From Candidatus Sulfomarinibacteraceae bacterium (GTDB lineage: Bacteria; Acidobacteriota; Thermoanaerobaculia; Thermoanaerobaculales; Sulfomarinibacteraceae), in NCBI GenBank assembly GCA_963741385.1, contig CAVUHO010000010.1, positions 1,639,720 through 1,703,719 on the forward strand: a DNA stretch of 64,000 bases, read 5' to 3'. The position numbers and the translations under genes are program-made. Under the pieces are notes generated by a model that was not told the DNA's origin, did not search any database, and saw only the letters and a list, made by a program, of their open reading frames with translations. Numbering within the stretch: position 1 is the first letter of the stretch; every line of letters starts with the position of its first letter. Positions 31,322 to 41,447 of this stretch are shown here, in pieces.

Positions 31322-31460
31322 CCGCCCGCACCCCCACCTGCACAATAGACTCGAGCACTCAGGGCGGGTGGACCGCGTGCGGCGGAGGTGCCTGGCTTCA
31401 GCCTGGCTCCTCTCGGGAAGCGCGCTTGGAAGGTCAAGCCGCACGGGATTGCCGTGAAAA
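31322..31460. repeat. Mosaic repeat core downstream of metH
   Basis: CCGCCCGCACCCCCACCTGCACAATAGACTCGAGCACTCAGGGCGGGTGGACCGCGTGCGGCGGAGGTGCCTGGCTTCAGCCTGGCTCCTCTCGGGAAGCGCGC uses the same modules as 21153- and 27403-. Confidence 0.8.
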
Positions 31461-31479
31461 CCACCCGGGATAAACACCC

Positions 31480-31508
31480 TTGACCGGAGAATCGGAAAAG
31501 CCCAAACT
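31480..31508 (+). promoter_or_regulatory. Weak candidate promoter (TTGACC-17 nt-CAAACT) just upstream of the REC-LpxC gene
   Basis: TTGACC at 31480-31485 and CAAACT at 31503-31508. It would give a very short leader before the ATG at 31518, and no SD sequence is visible. Confidence 0.25.
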
Positions 31509-31517
31509 GGCACAACC

Positions 31518-32813
31518 ATGAACGAACTCATCCTCATCGTCGATGACGAGACCGGCATTCTGACGACCCTGTCACAGATCCTGGTGGACGAGGGCTACCG
31601 CACGATCACCACGACCAGCGGCGAAGAGGCGCTCCACCTCTTTCGGGAGCAGCGGCCGGACGTGGTCTTTCTCGACATCTGGCTGCCCGATTGGGACGGC
31701 CTCGAGACCCTCCAGGCGCTGCGCGACGTGGACCCCTTTGCGATGGTCATCATGATGTCCGGGCACGGCACTTCGGAAACCGCGGTCAAGGCGATCAAGA
31801 TGGGGGCCCACGACTACCTGGAGAAACCCCTGTCCTACGACCGCACCGTCAAGGCGGTGGAGGAGGCCCTGGTGGCGAGACGAAACGCCGTCCGGGGCGC
31901 GGGCGATGGGGTGCTCGAGGCGAGCCGCGAACGCATCGAGCCGGTGGTGAAGTTCGACCCGCCGCCCCGCCTGTCCCTCTTGCGGAAGACCGACCGGCCG
32001 CAGCGCACGATTCGCGAGTCGAGCGTCATCTACGGGCTCGGTCTGCATTCGGGCGGACGCACCGGGATGGTCATCCAACCGCTGCCTCCCGATACCGGGA
32101 TCCACTTCCTGACGCTGCCGCGCGGCGTCACCATGCCGGCCCACGTGAACTCGGTGGCGGAGACCGACTACGCCACCAGCCTGACTCGAAACGGCGAGAG
32201 CATCCGCACCGTCGAGCACCTGTTGTCGGCGCTGCACGCGTGCGGTGTGAGCAACCTCCTGGTCAAGGTCCACGGCGAGATCCCGGTGCTCGACGGCTCG
32301 GCCCTGAGCTTTCTCGACAAGCTGCAGGAGATCGGCGTCGTCGATCAGGACGCCCTGGTCAAGGAGCTGGTCATCGACCGCCGTTACGAGGTGGGCGACG
32401 GCAAGAAGTCGCTGGTGATCGAACCGGCCGGCGTGTTCTCGGTGTCCTACCAGCTCAGCTATCCGCCGCCGGTGGGAGATCAGTACTACAACTTCGTCTT
32501 TACCGGGTGCGACGCCTACCGCGAAGAGGTGGCCCCGGCCAGGACCTTCGGGTTCATGCGCGATCTGACGATGATCAACGAGCTCGGGCTCGGCACCGGC
32601 GGCCGCCTCGACAACTTCATCCTGGTCGGCGAGGACAACGTCATCAACACCGATCTGCGCTTCCCGGACGAGTTCGTGCGCCACAAGATCCTCGACATCA
32701 TCGGCGACCTCTACCTGCTCGGCTACCCGGTGCGCGGCAAGGTGACGGCGAAGCTCACCGGCCACCGCGACAATATCGAGATCCAGCGGCGGATCCTGGC
32801 TGCGAACAGCTGA
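31518..32813 (+). CDS. lpxC: Response-regulator receiver domain fused to UDP-3-O-acyl-GlcNAc deacetylase (LpxC)
   Basis: aa 1-~120 form a canonical REC (IVDDE, VVFLDIWLPD, IMMSGHG, GAHDYLEKP). From aa ~165 there is an LpxC core: IYGLGLHSG, TVEHLLSAL, PVLDGSA, ARTFGFMRD, DEFVRHKILDIIGDL, TGHRDN. Confidence 0.9.
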   Translation: MNELILIVDDETGILTTLSQILVDEGYRTITTTSGEEALHLFREQRPDVVFLDIWLPDWDGLETLQALRDVDPFAMVIMMSGHGTSETAVKAIKMGAHDYLEKPLSYDRTVKAVEEALVARRNAVRGAGDGVLEASRERIEPVVKFDPPPRLSLLRKTDRPQRTIRESSVIYGLGLHSGGRTGMVIQPLPPDTGIHFLTLPRGVTMPAHVNSVAETDYATSLTRNGESIRTVEHLLSALHACGVSNLLVKVHGEIPVLDGSALSFLDKLQEIGVVDQDALVKELVIDRRYEVGDGKKSLVIEPAGVFSVSYQLSYPPPVGDQYYNFVFTGCDAYREEVAPARTFGFMRDLTMINELGLGTGGRLDNFILVGEDNVINTDLRFPDEFVRHKILDIIGDLYLLGYPVRGKVTAKLTGHRDNIEIQRRILAANS

Positions 32814-32857
32814 GGGGCCCGTTTCCGCACTCGCTTCCCGAGAGGATGCCAGGCACG

Positions 32858-32889
32858 CCGGCATGATGTTGAGGACAACATCATGCCGG
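32858..32889. other. Perfect 14-bp stem / 4-nt loop hairpin 45 nt after the lpxC stop
   Basis: CCGGCATGATGTTG-AGGA-CAACATCATGCCGG, flanked by GCCAGGCAC modules. There is no T-tract. Confidence 0.7.
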
Positions 32890-32910
32890 GAGCCAGGCAC
32901 CTCCATCGAG

Positions 32911-33278
32911 CGCGACACGTTTCAGCGCGCGCTTCCCGGGAGTTGCCACCTTCAACATTGTTGGCCCGCATCGACCTGCCGAGGTCAATGTTCGTGTTTC
33001 CAACAATGTTGAAGATGGCACGCTCCGCCGCACGCGACACGTTTCAGCGCGCGCTTCCCGGGAGTTGCCACCTTCAACATTGTTGGCCCGCATCGACCTG
33101 CCGAGGTCAATGTTCGTGTGTCCAACAATGTCGAAGATGGCACGCTCCGCCGCACGCGGCACGTTTCAGCGCGCGCTTCCCGGGAGTTGCCACCTTCAAC
33201 ATTGTTGGCCCGCATCGACCTGCCGAGGTCAATGTTCGTGCGTCCAACAATGTCGAAGATGGCACGCTCCGCCGCACG
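32911..33278. repeat. Tandem repeat, 122-bp unit x3, each unit a long hairpin
   Basis: Units start at about 32913, 33035 and 33157 and are near-identical. Each holds CCACCTTCAACATTGTTGG...CCAACAATGT(T/C)GAAGATGG arms, an inner GACCTGCCGAGGTC hairpin and a GCACGCTCCGCCGCACGCG module. Confidence 0.9.
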
Positions 33279-33483
33279 CGGTCCCACCCACCCTGAGCAC
33301 TCGGGGCTTTCAGAGTCGGTGGGGGGTTGGGTGGCAAATCCGGCACTGCCCGTCAGGAGCGGAATGTGGCCGACGGCCGGAAAGGAAGGGTGGGAGGGGG
33401 CCGGCCATCGGCCACCCGCTCATGGCGGGTAGACGCCGTGGCCGAAGGCCACGAGCAAATCCGAAATCCGAAATCCGAAATCG
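33279..33483. repeat. Inverted copy of the palindromic core plus 7-bp array
   Basis: GTCCCACCCACCCTGAGCACTCGGGGCTTTCAGAGTCGGTGGGGGGTTGGGTGG is the reverse orientation of the core. A CGTGGCC-GAA-GGCCACG hairpin follows, then CAAATCC GAAATCC GAAATCC GAAATCG (33456-33483). Confidence 0.8.
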
Positions 33484-33551
33484 GCTGTGTGGCTGGGTGG
33501 AAGGGGTAAAATGCCGCGGTCCGGCGCCGCGTGGCGCCGGGTGGTTGATGG

Positions 33552-36500
33552 ATGGAGGGGTCGATGAGAACTCGGTATTTTCCCGCTGTTGCGGTGGTGG
33601 TGGGCTGTGCGGCGTTGGCTGCGCTGTCGGTTTCGGCTGCGGACCTGACGCCGCTGTTGCGCTTTCCCGATATGTACGGCGACACGGTGGTCTTCGTTCA
33701 CGGCGAGGACATCTGGACGGCGCCCACCGCCGGCGGCCGCGCCATCCGCCTGACCGATGACGAGGGTGAGGAGTGGAGCCCGAAGTTCTCCCCCGACGGC
33801 TCGTTGATCGCCTTTTCCGCCGAGATGGACGGCAACCCTGACGTTTACGTGATGAACTCCGACGGCTCCGACGTGCGGCGTCTCACCTTCCACCCCGGGG
33901 ACGACGAAGTGGTTGGCTGGCACCCGACGTCGGGCAAGGTGATGTTCCGGTCTGCGCGGCACTCCTACTCGCGCTTCGACCGGCTGTTCCTGATCGCCCC
34001 CGACGGCTCCGGGCTCGAGGAGCTGCCGATGCACGAGGCCGGCCGCGGCTCGTTTTCGCCGGACGGAGGCAGCATCGCCTACAACCGCATCGCGCGCGAG
34101 GACCGCACCTGGAAGCGGTACTTCGGCGGCATGGCGCAGGACATCTGGCTCTATGACTTCGCGACCCACGACGACCGCAGGCTCACCGATTACCGCGGCA
34201 CCGACCGCCTGCCGATGTGGATCGGCGACGCCCTTTTCTTCGCTTCGGACCGCGACGGCGTGCTCAACATCTGGCGCTACGACCTCGCCGACGGTGCGCA
34301 GACCCAGATCACCCACCACAGCGACTACGACGTCCGCCGGCCCAGCGAGGGCGGAAACCTGATCGTCTACGAGGTTGCGGGCAACCTGTGGCTGCTCGAC
34401 ACGGCAGACGGCGAGACGCGGCCCATCCCGATCGAGATCCCGACTGCGCCGCGCGAGACCCGGCCCTACCGCAAGGCGGTGGCCGACTTCATCACCCACG
34501 TCGACGTGGCGCCCGAGGGCGGCCGCGCATTGGTCTCGGCCCGCGGTGAGGTCTTCACCGTGCCGTTCGAGACCGGGCCCACCCGCAACCTGACCCAAAC
34601 GTCGGGCGCCCGCGACCGCGGCGCCGTGTGGTCGCCGGACGGCACGAGAATCGCCTTCTTCTCGGATCGGGACGGCGAATACCAGCTCTACATCGCCGAC
34701 CCGCTGGGGGCCACCGACCCGCGGCGGCTCACCTCCCGCGATCGCGGCTGGCCGCACACCGCGCGGTGGTCGCCGGACGGCACGATGATCGCATTCACCG
34801 ACGAGACTCTCACCCTGTTCGTCATCGACACCGCGAGCGGCCGCCTGACGACGGTCGATCGGGCCGAGGTGGAGCCGATGGACATCGGTCTCGAGTCCAA
34901 ACCGATCTCGGACCACGCGTGGTCGCCGGACTCGCGCTGGCTGGCCTACTCGAAGATCGGACGCGACCACGTCGCCAACGTCTATCTGTACTCGATCGCC
35001 GACCGCGCCACCCACAACGTTTCGAATGGCCTTTTCAACGACTTCGGTCCCGTGTTCACGCGCGACGGCCGGCACCTTCTCTTCGTCTCGAACCGCCGCT
35101 TCGACCCCACCTTCTGCGACTTCGAGTGGGAGATGGTCTCCAAGAATGTGGCCGGCATCTACGCGCTGACGCTGCAAGCCGGTGGCGACCCTTTGCTGCC
35201 ACCGCTCTCGGACGAGGTGGCGGCAGCGGAGGATATCCACCCGAACGCCGGAAAGCCTGTTGCTCCACCCCGCGTGGTGATCGATTTCGAGGGCATTGCG
35301 GAGCGGGTCGAGGCGCTGCCGGTGCCGGCGTCCAACTACCGAGATCTGGCGGCCGGGGCCTACGCCGTCTATTTTCTCGACGGCACGGGGGGCGACTTCA
35401 ACCGCTTCGAGTACCGCGAGCTGCCGCCGCGGACGCTCTACGCCTTTGACTTCGAACGACGGACCGTCGAGAACGTTGTTGAGGAGGTGGATCAGTACGC
35501 GCTGGCCGTCGACGGCGAGCATCTGGTCTGGCGGCACGGCAACTCCGTGGGCATCGCCCACGCCGATTCGCGGGAACGGGAGCGCACCGACGCGCGCTCG
35601 GGTTCGGCGGCAGCCGCGTTGACCACCACCAGCACCACCCTCGATCTCGCGGACCTCACCATGCTGCTCGACCCGAGAGCGGAATGGCTGGAGGTCTACA
35701 CCGATGCCTGGCGCCTCGAGCGCGACTTCTACTACGAGCCCGGCATGAACGGCCTCGACTGGCCCGCCATGCGCGTCAAGTACCAGCCGCTGGTCGAGCG
35801 GGCCACCTGCGCCCAGGACATGCGCTTCATCATCGGCGAGCTCATCGGCGAGCTCGCCACCTCGCACACCTACATCCGTACTGGCGATCGCAGGCGGCGT
35901 GCCGACGCGGTCAACGTCGGCCTGTTGGGGGCCGACTGGTCGCTCGACCCGGACAGCGGCCGCTGGGTGATCGAAACGATCTACCGGACACCCGACTGGT
36001 CGAATGGTGTGGTTCCGCCGCTGGTGGGGCCCGGTCTCGATGTGCGCGAGGGCGACGAGCTGGCGGCGGTCAACGGGCAGCCCGTGTCCGGGGAGCGCGA
36101 AGTCTTCGCCGCCTTCCAGGGTCTCGCCGGTGAGCAGGTGCGGTTGACCCTGGTCCGCGACGGCCGCGATTTCGACGTGGTGGTGACGCCGCTGGCCAGC
36201 GAGCGCACCCTGCGCTACCTGGACTGGGTGGAGCGCAACCGGCGCCGCGTGGACCAGGCGTCGGGCGGCCGCATCGGCTACCTCCACCTTCCCGACACCT
36301 ACCTGGGGTCGGCGGTCGAGTTTCCCAAGTACTTCTACGCCCAGACCTCCAAGCAGGGGATCCTGGTCGACGGCCGCTTCAACGGCGGCGGCCTCGACCC
36401 CGACATCTTCCTGCAGCGGCTGGCCAAGAAACCCCTGACCTACTGGACGCGGCGCTACTCGGAGGACCAGGTCGAGCCGGTTTACGCCTCCGACGCGCAC

Positions 36501-36869
36501 ACGGCGTTACTCACCAACCGCCAGGCGGGGTCCGGCGGCGACATGCTGCCCTGGGAGTTCAGGGAGAAAGGGATGGGTCCCGTCATCGGCACCCGCACCT
36601 GGGGCGGGCTGGTGGGAGTTTCGATGTCTATCCCCCTGATGGACGGCAACAGCCTCACCTGCCCCGACTACCGAGTCTACTCGCCCGCCGGACAGTGGGT
36701 GGTGGAGAACGAGGGCGTGACGCCGGATATCGAGGTCGAGCTGGACCCCGCCGAGATGGCCGACGGCATCGACGCGCAGCTCGAAAAGGGGATCGCGGTC
36801 ATCCTGGAGATGATCGAGCGCGACCCACCGGTGCCGCCGACCCACCCGCCGTTCCCGAAGCAGAACTAG
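33552..36869 (+). CDS. Tricorn-protease-like S41 peptidase (beta-propellers + PDZ + S41)
   Basis: Signal peptide, then repeated TolB/PD40-like blades (FSPDGSLIAFSA, FSPDGGSIAY, VWSPDGTRIAFFSDRDG, RWSPDGTMIAFT, AWSPDSRWLAYS). The C-terminal region has GYLHLPD and LTNRQAGSGGD. About 1100 aa, as for tricorn homologs. Confidence 0.8.
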   Translation: MEGSMRTRYFPAVAVVVGCAALAALSVSAADLTPLLRFPDMYGDTVVFVHGEDIWTAPTAGGRAIRLTDDEGEEWSPKFSPDGSLIAFSAEMDGNPDVYVMNSDGSDVRRLTFHPGDDEVVGWHPTSGKVMFRSARHSYSRFDRLFLIAPDGSGLEELPMHEAGRGSFSPDGGSIAYNRIAREDRTWKRYFGGMAQDIWLYDFATHDDRRLTDYRGTDRLPMWIGDALFFASDRDGVLNIWRYDLADGAQTQITHHSDYDVRRPSEGGNLIVYEVAGNLWLLDTADGETRPIPIEIPTAPRETRPYRKAVADFITHVDVAPEGGRALVSARGEVFTVPFETGPTRNLTQTSGARDRGAVWSPDGTRIAFFSDRDGEYQLYIADPLGATDPRRLTSRDRGWPHTARWSPDGTMIAFTDETLTLFVIDTASGRLTTVDRAEVEPMDIGLESKPISDHAWSPDSRWLAYSKIGRDHVANVYLYSIADRATHNVSNGLFNDFGPVFTRDGRHLLFVSNRRFDPTFCDFEWEMVSKNVAGIYALTLQAGGDPLLPPLSDEVAAAEDIHPNAGKPVAPPRVVIDFEGIAERVEALPVPASNYRDLAAGAYAVYFLDGTGGDFNRFEYRELPPRTLYAFDFERRTVENVVEEVDQYALAVDGEHLVWRHGNSVGIAHADSRERERTDARSGSAAAALTTTSTTLDLADLTMLLDPRAEWLEVYTDAWRLERDFYYEPGMNGLDWPAMRVKYQPLVERATCAQDMRFIIGELIGELATSHTYIRTGDRRRRADAVNVGLLGADWSLDPDSGRWVIETIYRTPDWSNGVVPPLVGPGLDVREGDELAAVNGQPVSGEREVFAAFQGLAGEQVRLTLVRDGRDFDVVVTPLASERTLRYLDWVERNRRRVDQASGGRIGYLHLPDTYLGSAVEFPKYFYAQTSKQGILVDGRFNGGGLDPDIFLQRLAKKPLTYWTRRYSEDQVEPVYASDAHTALLTNRQAGSGGDMLPWEFREKGMGPVIGTRTWGGLVGVSMSIPLMDGNSLTCPDYRVYSPAGQWVVENEGVTPDIEVELDPAEMADGIDAQLEKGIAVILEMIERDPPVPPTHPPFPKQN

Positions 36870-37079
36870 CGCCGGAAGAACGAAACGAACACCCGGGAGG
36901 GGCCCGCCCTCGGAAATTCGGACATCCGGCGCTGGGCGCCGGTTGACCCGGATTTCCGAGGGGCAGGTTTTATTATCTGGCGTTTCTCGCTGAGAGTGGA
37001 TTCAGACGTACATCGCCGTGTGTCGTGCCGACGAAATTCTTAGAACTCAAATCTCCGAGTTTTCCCGCGGGGCTGGGTG

Positions 37080-37143
37080 GAAATCCGAAATCCGAAATCC
37101 GAAATCCGAATTCAATTTTGAGGCGCCGCAGGCGCCTCAAAAT
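37080..37143 (-). terminator. Stop-overlapping hairpin followed (on the minus strand) by a 7-bp T-rich array
   Basis: On the minus strand: TGA, then the hairpin TTTTGAGGCGCC-TGC-GGCGCCTCAAAA (37115-37143), then TTGAATTC GGATTTC x4 (37080-37114). Confidence 0.55.
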
Positions 37144-37658
37144 TCCATGCTCTCCGGTTCGTAGTACTCCTTCGGGTGTTTGCAGCAGGGGCACTTCGGC
37201 GGCGGTTCGGTGCCCTCGTGGATGTAGCCGCATTCGGAGCACTTCCAGCGGATCGGTTTGTCGCGCTTGTAGACGGTTCCGTTTTCCACCATTTCCAGCA
37301 GTATTCTGTAGCGGTCGCGGTGCTCGGCCTCGACGCGGGCGATCATCTTGAAGAGCATGGCCGCTTCCTTGTTGCCCTCGGCCTCGGCGGCGGCGGCAAA
37401 GTCGGGGTACATCGACATGGTCTCGTGGTGTTCGCCGCCGATCGCCTCCTTGAGGTTGGCGACGGTGTCGCCGATGCCGCCGAGCAAGGCGAACTCGTCC
37501 TTGGCGTGCCGCATCTCGTTGATCGCCGTCTCCTCGAAGATTTTGGCGATGTAGTGGTAGCCCTCTTTGCGGGCGACCTTGGCGAAGTAGGTGTACATGT
37601 TGCGGGCCTGGCTTTCGCCGGCGAACGCCGCCTTGAGGTTCTCTTCGGTCTTGGACAT
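37137..37658 (-). CDS. rbr: Rubrerythrin
   Basis: ATG at 37658 after AAGGAGG. The diiron ferritin-like domain shows ESQARNMY and EMRHAKDE..EHHE..EAEH. C-terminal rubredoxin-like CSECG...CPCC. Confidence 0.9.
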   Translation of the reverse strand: MSKTEENLKAAFAGESQARNMYTYFAKVARKEGYHYIAKIFEETAINEMRHAKDEFALLGGIGDTVANLKEAIGGEHHETMSMYPDFAAAAEAEGNKEAAMLFKMIARVEAEHRDRYRILLEMVENGTVYKRDKPIRWKCSECGYIHEGTEPPPKCPCCKHPKEYYEPESMEF

Positions 37659-37674
37659 GGTGCCTCCTTGGTTT

Positions 37675-38958
37675 TCAATCCGGTGGGTCGGGCTCGCCGA
37701 CGTGGGCGATGCCGGTGTGTTTGGCGATCTGAGGGCTGGTGGTGCGGAGATCGGAGAGGTCGAGCCGGTGGATGTCGTCGCGCCCGGTGAGGCGCGCGAA
37801 ATCCTCCAACTCGGCTGTGAGGACGCGGAAGAAGTTGGCCAGCCGCTCGGCCGAGCGGTCAATGTCGAGGCGGGAGCGGAGCACGGGGTCCTGGGTGGTG
37901 ATGCCCACCGGGCAGCGGCCGGTGTCGCAGATGCGGTACTGTTGACAGCCGATGGCGATCAGCGCCGCCGAGGCGATGGCGACGGCATCAGCGCCCATGG
38001 CGAGCGCCTTGGCGATGTCGGAGGACGTGCGAAATCCGCCGGTGATGACCAGCGAGACGTTGTCTGCGCCGCGGGCGTCGAGGAAACGCCGCGCCCGCGC
38101 CAGCGCGAAGATAGTAGGCACCGCCGTTGCGTCCTTGACCGATTTCGGGGCGGCGCCGGTGGCCCCGGGGCGGCCGTCGATGGTGATGAAGTCCGGCCCC
38201 GCGGCCAGCGCCACCTCGAGATCCCGTTCGATGTGGCCGGCGGCGAGCTTGATGCCGATCGGCTTGCCGTCCGAGGTATTCCTGAGCCACGCGACCTTGT
38301 CCCTCAGCTCGTCGGGGCTCGTAATGTCGGGGAAGTGGGCCGGGCTGGTGATGGCCTGGCCCGGAGGGAAGCCGCGAATCGCCGCAATCTCGTCGGTGAC
38401 CTTGGCCCCCGGCAGGTGGCCGCCCATGCCCGGTTTGGCCGACTGGCCGATCTTGATCTCGATGGCGTCAGCGGCGCGGAGGTTTTCGTCGGTCACGCTG
38501 TAGCGGTTCGGCACGTACTCGAAGACGTAGCGGTGAGCGGCCGCGAGCGACTCGGGCAGGATGCCGCCCTCACCCGAGCACATCGCGGTCTGCACCATCG
38601 CCGAGCCCTTCGCGAGGGCGATCTTGGCTTCGCGGGACAGCGCGCCGAAGGACATGTGGCTGACGTAGACCGGGGTCTCGATGACCATGGGGTGGTCGGC
38701 CGCAGGGCCGATCACGGTGCGGGTGTTCACCGTCTCGTCCTGGTTGCGGGGGAGTGCGGCCAGCTGCGCACCCATCACCAGAATCTCGTCCCACGAGGCC
38801 ACCGTTTTGAGGGTGCGCATGGGCGCCATGATCGAACGGCCGCCGATCGCCATCTCCTGGATCGCGGCGAAGTCTCGTTCGCAGTCGTCGCCGGTTCGCC
38901 GCCACTGGCCGAGGTAGGCGTCGAGCCCGGGTTCGTCCGCGGCCGGTTCCGCCGGCAT
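37675..38958 (-). CDS. FMN-binding glutamate-synthase-family protein (GltB domain-2-like)
   Basis: SHMSFGALS, KIGQSAKPGMGGHLPG, DGRPGATGAAP and ITGGFRTSSDIAKALAMGADAV match the Glu_synthase (PF01645-type) pattern as I recall it. The start is 1 nt after the rubredoxin stop. Confidence 0.75.
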   Translation of the reverse strand: MPAEPAADEPGLDAYLGQWRRTGDDCERDFAAIQEMAIGGRSIMAPMRTLKTVASWDEILVMGAQLAALPRNQDETVNTRTVIGPAADHPMVIETPVYVSHMSFGALSREAKIALAKGSAMVQTAMCSGEGGILPESLAAAHRYVFEYVPNRYSVTDENLRAADAIEIKIGQSAKPGMGGHLPGAKVTDEIAAIRGFPPGQAITSPAHFPDITSPDELRDKVAWLRNTSDGKPIGIKLAAGHIERDLEVALAAGPDFITIDGRPGATGAAPKSVKDATAVPTIFALARARRFLDARGADNVSLVITGGFRTSSDIAKALAMGADAVAIASAALIAIGCQQYRICDTGRCPVGITTQDPVLRSRLDIDRSAERLANFFRVLTAELEDFARLTGRDDIHRLDLSDLRTTSPQIAKHTGIAHVGEPDPPD

Positions 38959-38959
38959 C

Positions 38960-39103
38960 TCAGCCGCCGCGTCGTGACGCCTTGAAGTAGCTGCGGTCGG
39001 CGCCGCAGATCGGGCACTCCCAGTCGTCAGCGAGTTCGGTGAATGGACGTCCCCCGGCATCCTCGTCGTAGACGTAGCTGCAGACCGAACACTCGAACTT
39101 CAT
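38960..39103 (-). CDS. Rubredoxin
   Basis: 47 aa, MKFECSVCSYVYDEDAGG...DDWECPICGADRSYF, with two CxxC pairs. ATG at 39103 after GGGGAGA. Confidence 0.85.
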   Translation of the reverse strand: MKFECSVCSYVYDEDAGGRPFTELADDWECPICGADRSYFKASRRGG

Positions 39104-39187
39104 TTCTTTCTCCCCGATCTTCCGCACCGCCGGCGCCAACGCCGCGGCTCCCATCCTCGCCCCGTTGGTCACGGGGACAATGCAGGA

Positions 39188-39201
39188 TTGATTCTAATCA
39201 A
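39188..39201. promoter_or_regulatory. Candidate operator: TTGATT-CT-AATCAA inverted repeat upstream of the rubredoxin operon
   Basis: Perfect 6-2-6 palindrome in the only AT-rich stretch of the divergent region, about 85 nt upstream of the rubredoxin ATG. It is Fur/PerR-box-like in composition. Confidence 0.35.
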
Positions 39202-39302
39202 GAAGCGAGAATCGTGTTGAGATCTGGTCTGAATCAATGCAAGGAATCTGCGCACGAGGAAGATCCGATGCGGAGAATTGCGACGGGCGCGCCCCGACCA
39301 CG

Positions 39303-39331
39303 TTGACCATTCACCCGTTCGGTGGTCTAAT
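39303..39331 (+). promoter_or_regulatory. Candidate sigma70-type promoter for typA (TTGACC-17 nt-TCTAAT)
   Basis: TTGACC at 39303-39308 and TCTAAT at 39326-39331, about 40 nt upstream of the typA ATG. Confidence 0.4.
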
Positions 39332-39370
39332 GGCCCGCTCGCTTTCGCGAGCCGAAAGTGAGCCCTTCCC

Positions 39371-41176
<1,806 letters not shown>

Positions 41177-41220
41177 CGCCCTTCGGGCGAGTTTTGAGTT
41201 TTGAATTTTGAATTTTGAAT
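41177..41220 (+). terminator. Rho-independent terminator whose T-tract is a 7-bp array
   Basis: CGCCC-TTC-GGGCG hairpin (41177-41189) right after the TGA stop, then AGTTTTG AGTTTTG AATTTTG AATTTTG AAT (41190-41220). Confidence 0.65.
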
Positions 41221-41440
41221 GCCGGCTGTGGTGGGCATTCGCTTCGAGGGGCGGTATCCCGACGTTGGCATCCCGATTTTCTGAACAGTATTGCCCGTGA
41301 GTGCCCCCTCTAACAATGATTGGGCCCATAGCATGGGCTCGCAACCCGCTTCTGAGTTCCCAACATTGTTAGAGACGGCACGTCCGGTGAACGTGTCTTG
41401 CGTCGGAGACGGCTTGCCGGTCAGCGCGCGCACATCCAGC
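41221..41440. repeat. Repeat-family segment with a CTCTAACAATG...CATTGTTAGAG hairpin
   Basis: Arms at 41308-41318 and 41364-41374 enclose GGGCCCATAGCATGGGCTC. The AACAATG/CATTGTT motif is shared with the hairpins at 21225-21300 and 32950-33020. Confidence 0.6.
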
Positions 41441-41447
41441 ATCGGCG

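Noticed and set aside
31509-31520. TGGCAC motif resembling a sigma54 -24 element upstream of REC-lpxC
   Set aside because: No TTGC -12 element follows at the right spacing, and the motif abuts the start codon, leaving no room for a transcript leader.
32911-33278. Regularly spaced repeats that could be mistaken for a CRISPR array
   Set aside because: The whole 122-bp unit is repeated almost identically, so there are no unique spacers between short repeats. No cas genes are in the window. It is a tandem repeat of a hairpin element.
33437-33483. Hairpin plus heptamer array upstream of the tricorn gene as a terminator
   Set aside because: On the + strand the hairpin is followed by an A-rich run, not a T-rich one. 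On the - strand the array precedes the hairpin. Neither orientation fits an intrinsic terminator, so this copy is treated simply as part of the repeat.
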